A DNA stretch of 64,000 nucleotides. It comes from the human T2T-CHM13v2.0 reference genome, Homo sapiens. The stretch lies in the NCBI RefSeq assembly GCF_009914755.1, contig NC_060937.1; one strand, written 5' to 3'. The translations under genes were made by a program, and so were the position numbers. Within the stretch, counting starts at the first letter, position 1. Each line of letters starts with the position of its first letter. A model generated the notes under the pieces. The model searched no databases. It was not told the DNA's origin and saw only the letters and a program-made list of their open reading frames with translations. This document shows, one piece after another, positions 1 through 14,187 of the stretch.

Positions 1-1065
1 GTAAGACAACTTTATAGAAAGAAAGTAAATGATTAAAAAATGGGCAAGATACATCAAGGGACACTTTTCTAAAGGGGACATAAAAATGGCCAGCAGGTAT
101 ATAAAATAACTTAACATTGCTAATCATTAGAGAAATGCAAATTAAAGCCACAATGAAATATTACCTCACACCTGTTAAAATGGCTAGTATCAAAAAGATG
201 AAAGGTAAGTGCTGGCAAGGATATGTTGAAAAGGAAAGCCTTGTATGCTGTTGGGAGGGGTGTACATTAGTACAGACATTATAGAAAACACTATGAGGGT
301 TCCTCAAGAAACTAAAAATAGAATTACCATATGATTCAGCAATTCAGTTTCTGAATACGTACTGAAATGATTTCAAAACAGTATGTCAAAGAAATGTCTG
401 CAGTTTTTGTGTTTGTTGCAGCACTATTCACAATAGCCAAGTTATAGAATCAACCTCTAAGTGCCCAAAACAGATGAATACATAAATAAAATGTGGTATA
501 TACACATAAGGAAATACTATTCTGCTTTGTCATAAATTGTCACAGTGACTACATGAATGAAACTGGAGAATATTATGCTAAGTGAAATAAGCCAGGGACA
601 GAAAGACAAATACTGAATGTTCTCACTTATATGTGGAATCTACAACAATGGAACTTAAAGAAGCAGAGAGTAGAATTGTAGTTACAGAGGCTTGGGGGAG
701 GGAGGGAGAAAATAGGAGATGATGATGAAAGAATATAAAGCCTCAATTAGATAGGAGGAATAAGCTTTGCTTTTCTTTGAGATATGTTGCATGGCATGGT
801 GAATATAGTAAATTATAATGTACATTTCAAAATTGCTAAGAGTAAATTTCTAATTTTATCACAAAATGATAAGTATTCAAGGTGATGAATATGTTAATTA
901 GCTTAATTTTCTTATTCCACATTGTAATTATAAATTATAATTATAATTTATTGTAATTATAAATCATGTACATCATTGTAATTATAAATCATGACATCAT
1001 TTTATATTTAATAAATATATAGAACTATAACTTATCAATTTATATTTATTACAATAAATTTTGTT
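1..1065 (+). mobile_element. L1 3' end (ORF2 C-terminus plus 3'UTR), L1MA-type, truncated by the window edge
   Basis: Typical L1 3' motifs: gaaatgcaaattaaagccacaatgaaatattacctcacacctgttaaaatggc, gcagcactattcacaatagccaag, tgctaagtgaaataagccag, gaagcagagagtagaattgtagttac. Confidence 0.85.
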
Positions 1066-1823
1066 AAAAGGACAAAAGACCTAAACATAAGACCTGAAAC
1101 CATAAAACTCTGGGAAGAAAACACAGGAGAAATGTTCTTTGACATTTGACTTGGCAATGATTTTTTAGATATCACACCAAAAGCTTAGGGAACAAAAGCA
1201 AAAAATAAATAAATGGAACTATATCCAACTGAAACATTTGTGCACAAAAAAGGAAATAATCAGTAGAGTGAACAGGCAATTTACAAACTAGAAAAAAATA
1301 TTTATTTGCAAACCACATATCTGATGAGGAGTTGATATCCAAGATACATAAAGAACTGATGCAACTAAATAGCAAATAACCAAATAACCAAATTTTTAAG
1401 GCAGAGGACCTGAGTAGACATTTCTTCAAAGAAGACATCAAAATGGCTAACAGGCATATGAAAAGATGCTCAACGTCACTAGTCATCAGAGAAATGTAAA
1501 TCGAAATCACAAGGTGATATTGCCTCACACCAGTTAGGAGGGCTAGTATCAAAAAACAAGAGATAAGTATTGGTGAACAGACCCCTAATACACTGTTTGT
1601 GGAAATGTAAATTGGTGCAGCTGCTGTGGAAAATAGTAAGGAGATTCTGATAGAAACTAAAAATAGAACTACCATATTCACAATGGCCCAAATATGGAAA
1701 CAACTTAAGTATTCATCAATGGAGGGATGGATGCAGAAATTGTTGTTTACATGTGTGTGTGTATATATATATATAATATTATATAATATATTATAATATC
1801 TATAATGGAACAGTATTCCATTA

Positions 1824-2239
1824 TATTATATAATTATATATTATATAATATTATGTATTATATAATTATATATTATATAATATTATGTATTATATAATTA
1901 TATATTATATAATATTATGTATTATATAATTATATATTATATAATATTATGTATTATATAATTATATATTATATAATATTATGTATTATATAATTATATA
2001 TTATATAATATTATGTATTATATAATTATATATTATATAATATTATGTATTATATAATTATATATTATATAATATTATGTATTATATAATTATATATTAT
2101 ATAATATTATGTATTATATAATTATATATTATATAATATTATGTATTATATAATTATATATTATATAATATTATGTATTATATAATTATATATTATATAA
2201 TATTATGTATTATATAATTATATATTATATAATATTATG
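1824..2239. repeat. AT-rich minisatellite, 13 copies of the 32-bp unit TATTATATAATTATATATTATATAATATTATG
   Basis: The single G of the unit recurs every 32 bp (1855, 1887, 1919 ... 2239). Confidence 0.95.
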
Positions 2240-2268
2240 TATTATATAATGGAATACTGTTCCATTAC

Positions 2269-2288
2269 GTGTGTGTGTATATATACAC

Positions 2289-2346
<58 letters not shown>
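2269..2346. repeat. Compound (GT)n/(AT)n microsatellite; pure (AT)23 at 2301-2346
   Basis: Read directly from the sequence. Confidence 0.95.
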
Positions 2347-2348
<2 letters not shown>

Positions 2349-3370
2349 AGGACATTGTGCTAAGGGAAATAAGGCAGATGCAGAAAAAGAAAATACTGCA
2401 TGTTGTCACTTATATGTGGAAACTAAAAAAAAGTCAAATACATGGAAATATAGGATAAAATGGTGGTTACCAGGGGAAAGGATGGATGATGGGAAATTAG
2501 GAGATGTAGGTCAAGGGATACAAAGTTGCAGATATGTAGGATACACAAATCTAAAGATCTGATGTATAACATGAGAACTATAGTTAATAGTATCATATTG
2601 TATTAGTATTATATTGTGTATGTATATAGTATATAATAGTATTATATTGTATTATATGGTATTGTATTATATTGTATTCAGTAGAGAATAGATTATAGGT
2701 GGTCTTGCCATGCCCACACAGAGAGGCCCAAAATGGTGCAACTATGTGAGATAATGAATATGTTCTATTGCAACCATTTCACTCTATATGGGTATATCAA
2801 AACATCATGCCTACCACCTTAAATATATGCAACTTTAAAAGAGTAGGTAAATTTCTATTTGATAAAGCAACGTGGGATTTGCACATATGTTTTTATATGC
2901 TGCATTGCTTAGAATTTAATCACATGTTCGTACCTAACAGCAAGGGAAGCAAAGAAATGCAGTTTTCATCTAGGTAAATAAATGCTCTACTGAAAAGTAA
3001 CTGTGAGCAATTATGTTGCTGGAAAGACAAGAATGCAGGTTGGTAATTTCTACCAGGACTAGTCTTATTTATCCATTTATCACCTCACTTCATATAGTTT
3101 CCTGTGTGGCCCAATTTGCAAATGTAGGTTATATAACTCCTGTAAGCTAACTAATACATAAAATGCTCCATGACTGGCTCTAATTTCTATTATGATTTCC
3201 ATAAATAAATAGATACGAATTTTTTCCAGTCACCATGTCCAAAAACTGAGTTGTGGATGCTTAATATATGGTATAATTGTTGAATTCTGCTATATGATCT
3301 AAAGACACATATGTTTTTGCCAAATCTTATTCTTCATGCTCTTCAAGATAATGCCAACTATACCTGTTTG

Positions 3371-3671
3371 GTTTTTTTTTTTCTTTTTTTTAAAATGAAG
3401 TCTCGCTCTGTCGCCCAGGTTGGAGTGCAGTGGCTTAATCTTGGCTTCAACTTCTGCCTCCCGGGTTCAAACAATTCTTCTGTCTCAGCCTCCCGAGTAG
3501 CTGGGACTAGAGGTGCACGCCACCACACCTGGCTAATTTTTGTATTTTTAGTAGAGATGGGGTTTCACCACATTGGTCAGGCTGGTCTCAAACTCCTGAG
3601 CTCAGGTGATCCACCCCCAATTCGGCCTCCCAGAGTGCTGGGATTACAGACATGAGCCATCACGTCCAGCC
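3371..3671 (-). mobile_element. AluS element
   Basis: Poly-T followed by gtctcgctctgtcgcccagg...gctgggattacagacatgagccatcacgtccagcc. Degenerate TSD actatacctgttt / actatatctattt. Confidence 0.95.
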
Positions 3672-3799
3672 GACTATATCTATTTTTAAAAAATCAACAA
3701 TAAACTATAGATAATCAAGTTCATCCTATAGAAGGAATATATGTGATCAGTTAAATAAATAATTTTTGTTATAGAAACTAGGGTCAGGTCAGGAAAATT

Positions 3800-4050
3800 A
3801 CTTTAACAGTTATCATTGTAATTTGGGCAAGAAATAATGAAAGTCTAAATTATCACTGAATCATCTGAGAATGGTAAAAAACTACAAAAGCCAAGGATTA
3901 AAATGAGGAAAAATTCAAAGATTTTGGTAAGAGATTTAATCACAGTGTGAGAAAGAATGAGCCAAGATAACTTGCTGGATTCTGAATTAGGAAATTGAGC
4001 AATGTAATGGGGAGAAGTTTGGGTAGGAGAAAGGAAATTAAGTTTGTTGG
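3800..4050 (-). mobile_element. Old L2 fragment
   Basis: Resembles the antisense L2 motif (gtgagaaagaatgagccaagataacttgctggattctgaattaggaaattgag); highly diverged. Confidence 0.45.
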
Positions 4051-4053
4051 CTT

Positions 4054-4210
4054 AGCAGGCGTGCCCTTTGATCCTTGATATCCCTGGTTTTTTGCTTGAT
4101 TTAAAAAGCAAAGATTGGTGGTTTGGCAAAATGTATTATAAATATGAAGCTAATAAGGCCTCAGGAGGCAAATGGTAAAATACTTCACATTTCTATCCAA
4201 GAGATATATA
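4054..4210 (+). repeat. ~157-bp direct repeat, copy 1
   Basis: agcaggcgtgccctttgatccttgatatccctgg...cacatttctatccaagagatatata matches 5065-5221 with about 10 substitutions. Confidence 0.9.
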
Positions 4211-5064
4211 TTTTTGAGACATAGACTTTGAGAACATTTTACAAATATTTCTATTTTTCTTCATTATTTTCACACTGAAAAAAAAATCCATTTCGTCCCT
4301 GGTGTTGGGGAAAATGTGGAGCATGATCATGAGAAAAGATAATATTCTGTTCACTACCACTGAGGCCTGATTTAGAGTATTTATTGTTATGTGTTTTTCC
4401 TATCTATTCCAAGTATGTGTCTTGAATCATCTTTGAAGTCCACAGTAAATATTCTAGCCTAAGACTGTTTTTAAAACCACTCTTACAGAGAATTTTAGAG
4501 GAAACTTTATGTTACCAAAATTGTGTTGGTGCAACTGGTTTGTGAATGAATTTGTCAAGTAAGTATTTTACAGGAAATGCGATTGAATTGTGTTTCTTAT
4601 TTTAAGATCCAAGTGAAACTACTTATTTGTTGCATAATGAAAGGGATAGTTGGAACAATAATTTTGGTCAAGGGTAGTATTAAAATTACAACAAGATTTT
4701 GGGGAGAATGATCGCTTATCAATTTGTTCACACAAAATTAATGCTATATGCTTTTTAGAGCAAATAATTAGAGACTTGTATTACTTAGGTAATAATAGGG
4801 TAATATCCAATCAGCTCTATAAATGTGATACGTTCCTTTTCACATTTTTTGTCAATTATAAAAATATATAGAAAAAACATAATATCTTAAATATGTGATT
4901 AGCTGTATTATCTACAGTTTTAATGAAGACTCATTAACCACTGATAAGTACACCTCTCTCTGATGAAAAGTTAACCTGGATTAGGATAATTAAAAGTACC
5001 AGAAAAGAAGCAACCGAAAAGTCCGTATATTCAACGTATTTCTTGAGTAGGAGTGTATTTCTTG

Positions 5065-5221
5065 AGCAGGAGTGCCCTTTGATCCTTGATATCCCTGGGT
5101 TTTTGCTTGATTTAAAAAGCAAAGATTGATGGTTTGGTAAAATTTATTATAAATATGAAGCTAACAAGGTCTCAGGAGGCAGATGGTAGAATACTTCACA
5201 TTTCTATCCAAGATATATATA
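5065..5221 (+). repeat. ~157-bp direct repeat, copy 2
   Basis: Colinear match to 4054-4210 at an offset of 1011 bp. Confidence 0.9.
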
Positions 5222-5261
5222 TATATATAGTTATTAAAAAAAGTTTTTATAAAAACTTTTA

Positions 5262-5500
5262 ATTTTATTTTATCTTATTTTTTTTAAAGTTCAACTTTTA
5301 TTTTAGATTCAGGGGGTATTTGTGCAGGTTTGCTACATTGCTATATTGCATGATGCTGAGGTTTGGGGTATGAATAATCATATAATCAAGGTAGTGAGCA
5401 CAGTACCCAATAGGTAGTTTTTTAGCTCTTGCTTCCTTCCCTCCCTCCCCTCTTTGTGGAGTCCCCAGTGTTTATTGTTTAGATCTTTGTCCATGTGTAT
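5262..5500 (-). mobile_element. L1 3' terminal fragment (L1PA15-16/L1PB-like)
   Basis: T-rich tail, then ttttagattcagggggtatttgtgcaggtttg...gtagtgagcacagtacccaataggtag...gtccccagtg. Confidence 0.85.
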
Positions 5501-6389
5501 GTACTTGCTATTCTTGAAGACGGAGAGAGTTCATTTAAAAATGATATTGTCTTCTGACCTTATTGACATCAACAAAAACCTCTCCTTATGCCTGCTCTGG
5601 AAGATAAGTTAATACTTATTGAAGGTCTTTACAAAGACTTATAGCAAGTATGCTATATAACCTATAATAAATGTTATAGTCTTCAAATTTGTTAGTGATC
5701 TGTTTTTCATTTTGTATGACTGGGCAATAGACACCATTTTACACATATTTAATTCTCTGGACTAAAAATAAATATAAGCCTTATTTACAATCAATATAAA
5801 AATATGTTGGGTTGTATTTTAGAAAATATAGAAAAGAAGGAGACAAAATGTCAGATTTTTAATCATTGTGCTGGTTAATATTGAGGAGTGGTACTAGAAA
5901 AATCAAGTGTCACAGTCTGTAAGTTTTTGTGGAGGGAATTAAAGACACTATTGAATGATTAAATATTCGTTCATTTAGACATCAGTATAATTCATCATTT
6001 TGATTTTAAAAAGGGACATAACACATCAATGTAAATATGGGACTCAAATATTTATGATGAAAAATTTTGCTTAATTTGTCACGCTTTTGTACTTTCGCTT
6101 TTTCTTTCTACTTCTTTCCTTTAAATACACAAAACATATTGACTCCAGCAAAATAATTTCTTAAATTCATGAATTAAATTGAAAAAATATTTAATTTATT
6201 TAATATCACTCACTAAGCCGCTGGAAATGTGCATGGTTATATGTGCCCAATACTTTTATGATTTTGTTGGTATTCCAGCAAATTCGTAAAAGAAAACACT
6301 GAGAGAGATAAATGAGAAAGGAGAAAAAAGCATGTATACGTTTCCTTTATTTTTTATAATTACTAAATATTATACTTACTGTCCCACAA

Positions 6390-6560
6390 TATGATACATA
6401 TATAAATAAATGTGTATATAGATATATGATATATCATGTAAACATATGATGCATATATGTATACATGTGTACACATGTATATATGTGTATGTGTATATGT
6501 ACATGTGTTTATAAATATAACCGTATAATGGTATACAAATATAACCATATATTTATATAA
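6390..6560. repeat. Low-complexity (TA/TG/CA)-rich tract
   Basis: Degenerate dinucleotide repeats. Confidence 0.7.
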
Positions 6561-7751
6561 AGTACTCAGTTTTTATTCACTAGATCTCTCAACTATGAGT
6601 CCACTTATAAGATCGAACTGAGTCAAAAATTCCAGGCTAGAACATTATTAGTTTTCACATGCTTTCCAAAGATCAAGAAAATTTTCAAATCTTACCTAAG
6701 AATTCAATATTAACCTTTATGCCACATAAAACTGCAGGCCTGTTGAGTGTCTGTGGCTGACAGTCACAGAGGCTAATGATTGATGAACTGACAGTGTGCA
6801 AGCACAGTTTCCTAGGAGTCATGACATTCTTAGACTAACATTAAAAAGGTAAAATTGCATTCTGTTACGCCTAAAGAAAAAAAAAAACGTTCTTTGACCA
6901 TTTTGTGGTTGACCTTGCTTCTATGGGGATTCACAGGTGTTCTGCTCTGCCTTAAAAGAAAAAATAGATATAAGCACATTGATTTTGGCAGACTTTTTTT
7001 AGTATGGGACATACTACTTTCTGTTTTGTGACATGAAAGTGTATATTTTTATTTGTTTAAAATATGCTATAATAATTCAATCATTAATTGAAAGTTAATT
7101 ATTTAATAAGTTCCACAACCATTACATTTGGATATTATTGTATAACATGTAAGGGGTGTGACAAAAGATTTCATAGGTTAAAAGTCTTTCAAAGTGTATG
7201 AATATTTCTTTCTTAACTTGACCCTATTTGAAATCCATTTTGAAGTCTCAGCAGGACGGGGCATGTCTGAAAACTGAACTGTTGTGCTCTTTCACTTTGT
7301 TATTTTCGTAACTTCACAATTACCTTCACTTCTCGTTGTAGATGTTTTTGAAGGAGAAGCTGGCTTCATCACTATATTGAAATTTTTTGTTTTAAATTAT
7401 AGAAGACTAAGCGATGGAGAAAAATGTATATAAGAAAAAAGTTTTAGCTAAATTTTATGGAAAAATAGAAAAAAACTATATTTAATTTTTCTCTTGGGCT
7501 AAAATTTTCCACATTAAATTTCTCCTTTACATTTGGCAAACAGTCGGATTTTACAACAGGAGAAAAACAATGCATCTGGTGCAATTTGTCCACATACTAA
7601 TATATACCTGCTAACTATTCAGATTCTTTCCCCAAAAGAGTCCTTCATAGACACAAATTTAAAAATTGCGTGCCAAAAATGGTGCATTAAATGAAACAAT
7701 GACAAAATGTACACTGAATCCTTCTTTGTTCCTATTACTAAATGTGTCTAA

Positions 7752-7975
7752 TGTGTACTTTGAAGTCAGAGGGCCTTGACTCCAAACTTGTCTTAGCCAC
7801 TAGGCTGTTAAACAGATTTCTTATAATTTCTGGATTTTAGCATTCTCTTCTCTAAGATGGAGACAATCATTTTCACTTTTTAAGACCACCGATTTTATAA
7901 GGTAGGAAGTGATAAACTCTTAGAAAAGTGGTAGGTATTTGGTAAGCACACAGTAAGTGATAATTAAGATTAATA
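7752..7975 (+). mobile_element. MIR SINE
   Basis: actttgaagtcaga...tctaagatggagacaatcat...ggtaagcacacagtaagtga fits the MIR core and 3' end. Confidence 0.6.
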
Positions 7976-8409
7976 ACATTATTGAAACAATTTCAGCAAA
8001 AGTGAGTCACAATAAATAATATTTATCATAATGTTCCTAGCAATTATATTAGCACATATAAAATGTATGTTTAAATAGAAAATAAAGGGATTTGAAAATG
8101 TATATACTGAAGAAATATCTCTTCACTAAAAAGTAAAGGTTTTCCTCTATTGTCTGTCTGTTTTACCTTAAAGTAAGTAATATAAATATAATAGAAAGTT
8201 GCAGCTATTGGTCCCAAAGTTTTCTGATATTGATTCATTGATTTCAATTTTTACTAAATGATATTTACAGAAACTTTTTAAAAAATGGTTATAAACACCT
8301 TTTTGTTTTGAATACAAATTTCAGGTCAGGTCTTATTTTCTATGCTTTATAGTAATAAGCATAATTAACTTCATTTTATTAAACTAAACTAACTTTGTTA
8401 TTTGCATTA

Positions 8410-8585
8410 CTTTTTAATACTCCCAACAGCTTCAAGGAGTGCTATTTCTTTAACAGTTTGATAGATAATAGTGCTAAAGCATATAGAAGCTAAGGAATTT
8501 GCACAGAGCCATATAGCCAGAAAGTGGCCAAGCTCATATTTGAACCAAAACATTTTTGTCTCTGAAGCTCTAGAGCTTGCCATTC
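8410..8585 (-). mobile_element. MIR SINE
   Basis: Antisense MIR core: aatttgcacagagccatatagccagaaagtggccaagctcatatttgaacc. Confidence 0.65.
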
Positions 8586-10013
8586 ATATTAATTGGAAGA
8601 CACAACAATTAAAATGAGAAAATATTATAGTAGTTTTATTTAATAATTTTTAGAAGTTTATTTTAGGATAAATGAAATGAAGTATTTCTAAGTACCACAA
8701 AAGGGCTTATAATTGTGATCCTTTTATGTAACATAAATTACAGCTTCCCAGAGTACAACTTAGAAGTGTATTTAAATAATATTTTCTTAAAGAAACATTA
8801 AGATAACAGAGCTTACATTATATCTATGTAATTGAATTGTCAATTAGTCAATATCCTCTAAAACATATCTTTGTTAATATAATTTTGAAAGTATGTTGCA
8901 CTTGCTACTCTTCTATTTATGATGTTAGTGTCGTGAGACCTGGAATGACATTTGGTCAAGATAACATCTAACGCTGAGCAAACTAATTACAACAAACCTG
9001 CATTATCTTTGAATACAGTCTTGCATCGCTTCACAATGAAGATGTGTTCTGAGTGATGCTTCATTAGACAATTTTGTTATTGTGCAAATACCACAGATTG
9101 TTCTTACACAGAACTAAATGGTATATCCTACTACACTTCTAGACTATATGATACAGTCAATTGCTCCTAGGCTACAAACCTGTGCAGTATATATATTATT
9201 GTACTGAATACTGTAGGCAACTGTGACACAATAGTAAATATTTATGAATGTAAACATATCTAAGGATAGAAAAGGCACAGTAAAAATATAGTACAGAAGA
9301 TAAAAAATAGTTCACCCGTATAGGGCACTTAGCATGAATGGATCTTGTGAGATGGGAAGTTGCTCTGTGTGAGTCAGTGAGTGAGTGGTGAGTGAATGTG
9401 AAGCCTAGGACATTACTGTACATAACTGTAGATTTATAAACACTAGGCTACACTAAATTCATAAAAAAATCTTCAATAATAAATTAAACTTAGCTTACTA
9501 TTGCTTTATAAATTTTTTAAACATTCTGAATTTTTGCAATAACACTGAGCTTAAAACGCTAACACATCTTAAAGCTACACAAAAATATTTTCTTTCTTTA
9601 TATTGTTATTCTATAAACTTGATTTTATTTCTTAAAACTTTATCTTTTTATTCTCTTACTTTTTAAGCTTTTTGTTAAAAACTAAGGTACAAACACACAT
9701 CTTAGCCTGGGCCTACACGGGGTCGGGATCATCAATGTCACTGTTTTCCACTTCCATATATTTACCCACTGGAAGGTTTTTAGGGACAACAACCTATGTG
9801 AAGCTGTCATCTCCTATGATAATGATGCCTGCTTTTGGAATACCTCCTGAAAGACCTGCCTGAGGCTCTTTCACAGTTAATTTTTTTTTATTTAAGTAGA
9901 AGGAGTACACTCTAAAACAATAATAAAACTATAGTATAGTGAATACTTAGGTAACATAGTCATTTATTATTCTTATCAAGTATGCACTGTACATAATTGT
10001 ATGTGCTATACTT

Positions 10014-10655
<642 letters not shown>

Positions 10656-10961
10656 TGTGCTATATTTTTATATGACCTCCAGTGCAGTAGGTTTGTTTAC
10701 ACCAGCATAGCTACAAAAATGTGAGTAATACAATGAATGGACCATGACGTTACGATGGCTACAATGTCACTAGGTGATAGAAAATTTTCAGCTCCATTAT
10801 AATTTTATGGGATCACTGCAGTATACGTGGTCTGTCATTTACTGAAACGTCATTACACAGCACATGTTTATAAATTAGTTGTTAATTTGTCAATATTCTC
10901 AATAATGTAATACTTCCATATTTACATTAAATTATATGGTGAGAGTTGGTACATCAGGTTT

Positions 10962-11905
<944 letters not shown>

Positions 11906-12314
11906 GTTTTATTTCTCTATCACATTACTAGCATTAAGATTGATTTTATTTTGTTTACTTGGCACTTTCTTATAAAACTAGAGGAAGGCATGTGCCTTAG
12001 AATGGCATTTGGACAGGGTACTACGAAGGACCCTATGCAAATCAATTGTTTCAAAGCCTGATTTAAGTTCAGGCTTCTACTAAGTCCCTTTTTTATATGC
12101 CATGGGCACCACCGTTTTTCTCATTATACTGCTTAACAATACTTATTATAATTGCCTATTTATTATTAATAATCTGAATAGCTACTGACCAGCTTTTATT
12201 TTATTTGCACTGCTGGCTAACACTAATCAAATATCCATAATCTATGCTTTTACGTTAAATATAATTTCCCTTAATATTTGTTTCTCTGTTTAATAAATTT
12301 TTATAACTAACTGC

Positions 12315-12440
12315 TCATTAGTTTGTTCCTTAATAAACTTACTGAGAACATAATATGTGTTAGGCACAGTTAAATGCTCTGGAAATGTACAGAAGAAAAT
12401 TAAACAATAGTTTTTCTTAATGAACTCAGTCATATAAACC
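12315..12440 (-). mobile_element. L2 3' end fragment
   Basis: aataaacttactgagaacataatatgtgttaggcacagttaaatgctctgga matches the antisense L2 terminus. Confidence 0.55.
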
Positions 12441-12519
12441 AGAAGCAGTAAAGATTAAACTAAGACTAAATGTATGAGAAAAACATATGTAAAAATCAGT
12501 CTACTCACCTAAATTAATA

Positions 12520-12740
12520 AATGACCTCTGCTGGAAGATGGGGTAAATGAGAGAAAAGGGAATTATAAGGGGAATAAGGAAAAGTTTGGGAGTGATATAT
12601 CCGTTCTCTATCTTGATTGCGATGTAGGTTTTATAGGTGTATACATATGACAACACTTGTTAAATCGTGTCCTTAAAATGCTTATTATACACCTACTATG
12701 CAAATAGTTCTTCAGTTTATGTCAACTTACTTAAAGTGAC
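12520..12740 (+). mobile_element. Old L1M (L1MD/L1ME-like) 3'UTR fragment
   Basis: tttgggagtgatatatccgttctctatcttgattgcgatgtaggttttataggtgtatacatatg. Confidence 0.55.
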
Positions 12741-14187
12741 ACAGAATATATAGATTAAAAATTATAAATTTATGCAGTTCAAAAAAGAGAGAACTGTTGG
12801 GTGAGATTGTCAGAGATAATTCTGTGGGGAACTAGTAACTCAAGTTTCTATTGAAGGATATGTAAGATTCCCAGAGATTAAGAAGAGGTAAGAAGCCCAG
12901 TGCATATTAATAGCCCTAAGGTTTTGCATTAAAAACAAAACAAAGCAAAACATCTGGACCATTGATTATACTAATAGAGTTGAACCTTGCTTGGACCACA
13001 CATTGAGGAAGGAATGTAAACAGAGATGTTTAAGTAATGCTGGGGTTGAACTAAATATGTAATGGTCAGAAATGATTCACTGTAACTTTTAAGTATCTAG
13101 ATACATAAAACTTTAAGAAAAATGTAGTGATTAAAGGTTAATTTTGAGTTTTAAAATCCATTTTGGCGCTAAACAGTATTTAATCCAATTTTGCTATTTT
13201 CAACTGTAATTGTAAAAGAAAGTGTCAAAGTAATTATTTATTTTAGTTGTGTATTGTCATTAGATGTTTGTAAAAGTCTACACTAAATACTTGATGTGTT
13301 ATTTAAAAAGGTTATTTTTCCCTAGAACAGAAAAAAACTCTTCTCTTTTCTCGTTCAATGAATAAAATGCAAATACTTTGAAAACTTATTTTCTAATCAT
13401 ATTTTTACAAAGAGATATCTTCCACAGCTCAACTTTACTGGGCAGTTCAAAGTCAATTTGTAATGTAATTCCTTCTAAAGGAAACAAAGTAGCAATCACA
13501 TCTGGTTTAAGAAAGTAAACAAATGAATTTCATTTTGTTTTTGGCTGTTTTTAACACAAAAATACTGATTTATGCAACTGTCAGGTTTGAATGCATATAA
13601 CACAACTTTCTCAGATTGAATCCAATTGATTTTCTATAACAATGTCAAGCATTCAATACATCACAGGAGCAGTGAGACTGTAATAAATAATTCTTTCAGA
13701 AAGAAAGTGATCCTTCTGTCCTTAAACACATAGGTAAATATTGGTTGTTTTTGCTCTATATATAGAAACTAGAGTGTTCTGAGTCTTCAGTTTTAGAATG
13801 TCCTTTATTTCTAACCGTTTCTTAAGAAATATAATTTCCCCTGATGACCTTTTTTTCAGCATTGCCTTTGAGACAATGGTTAGAATTAAGTTTGAGTTAA
13901 GGCCCATGGAGTCACATTTAAAAAAGGAAACGAAAATATTTCAATTCCAGATGATCGTTAAAGAGTTCATCCTATAGAACTGACTGCCACTTTACTTCAC
14001 CAAAGGTAGGAAATGTACAGCGTACCATGTAGGCCTGTGAGTCAACTTTGATTGTACTTACGAGTATAGCAGAAGAGTAGCATTTCAGAATACCATTTTT
14101 CCTGAAAAAAAAAAAAAAAGTGAACAAGTTTCACACCTACACCTCCGAATATAATTATTCTGAATTTCTATGTGTTTTAACTATTAC

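Larger units (their letters stand above)
1066..2840 (+). mobile_element. Second L1MA-type 3' fragment, interrupted by AT-rich tandem arrays
   Basis: ORF2 end (aaagacctaaacataagacctgaaaccataaaactc...gaagacatcaaaatggctaacaggcatatgaaaagatgctcaac). The 3'UTR resumes at ~2347 (ggaggacattgtgctaagggaaataaggcag) and runs to ...accttaaatatatgcaac. Confidence 0.8.

Noticed and set aside
920-1000. Repeated ttgtaattataaat blocks
   Set aside because: Ordinary slippage within an AT-rich L1 3'UTR.
1172-1703. 169-aa and 74-aa minus-strand ORFs
   Set aside because: They are antisense frames of an L1 ORF2 3' fragment; the hydrophobic look reflects T-rich sequence.
2237-2562. ORFs with YIYIYI repeats
   Set aside because: Translation of the (AT)n microsatellite.
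3311-3655. 114-aa ORF, and similar ORFs at 10272, 11121, 49613 and 57573
   Set aside because: Typical antisense-Alu translation products.
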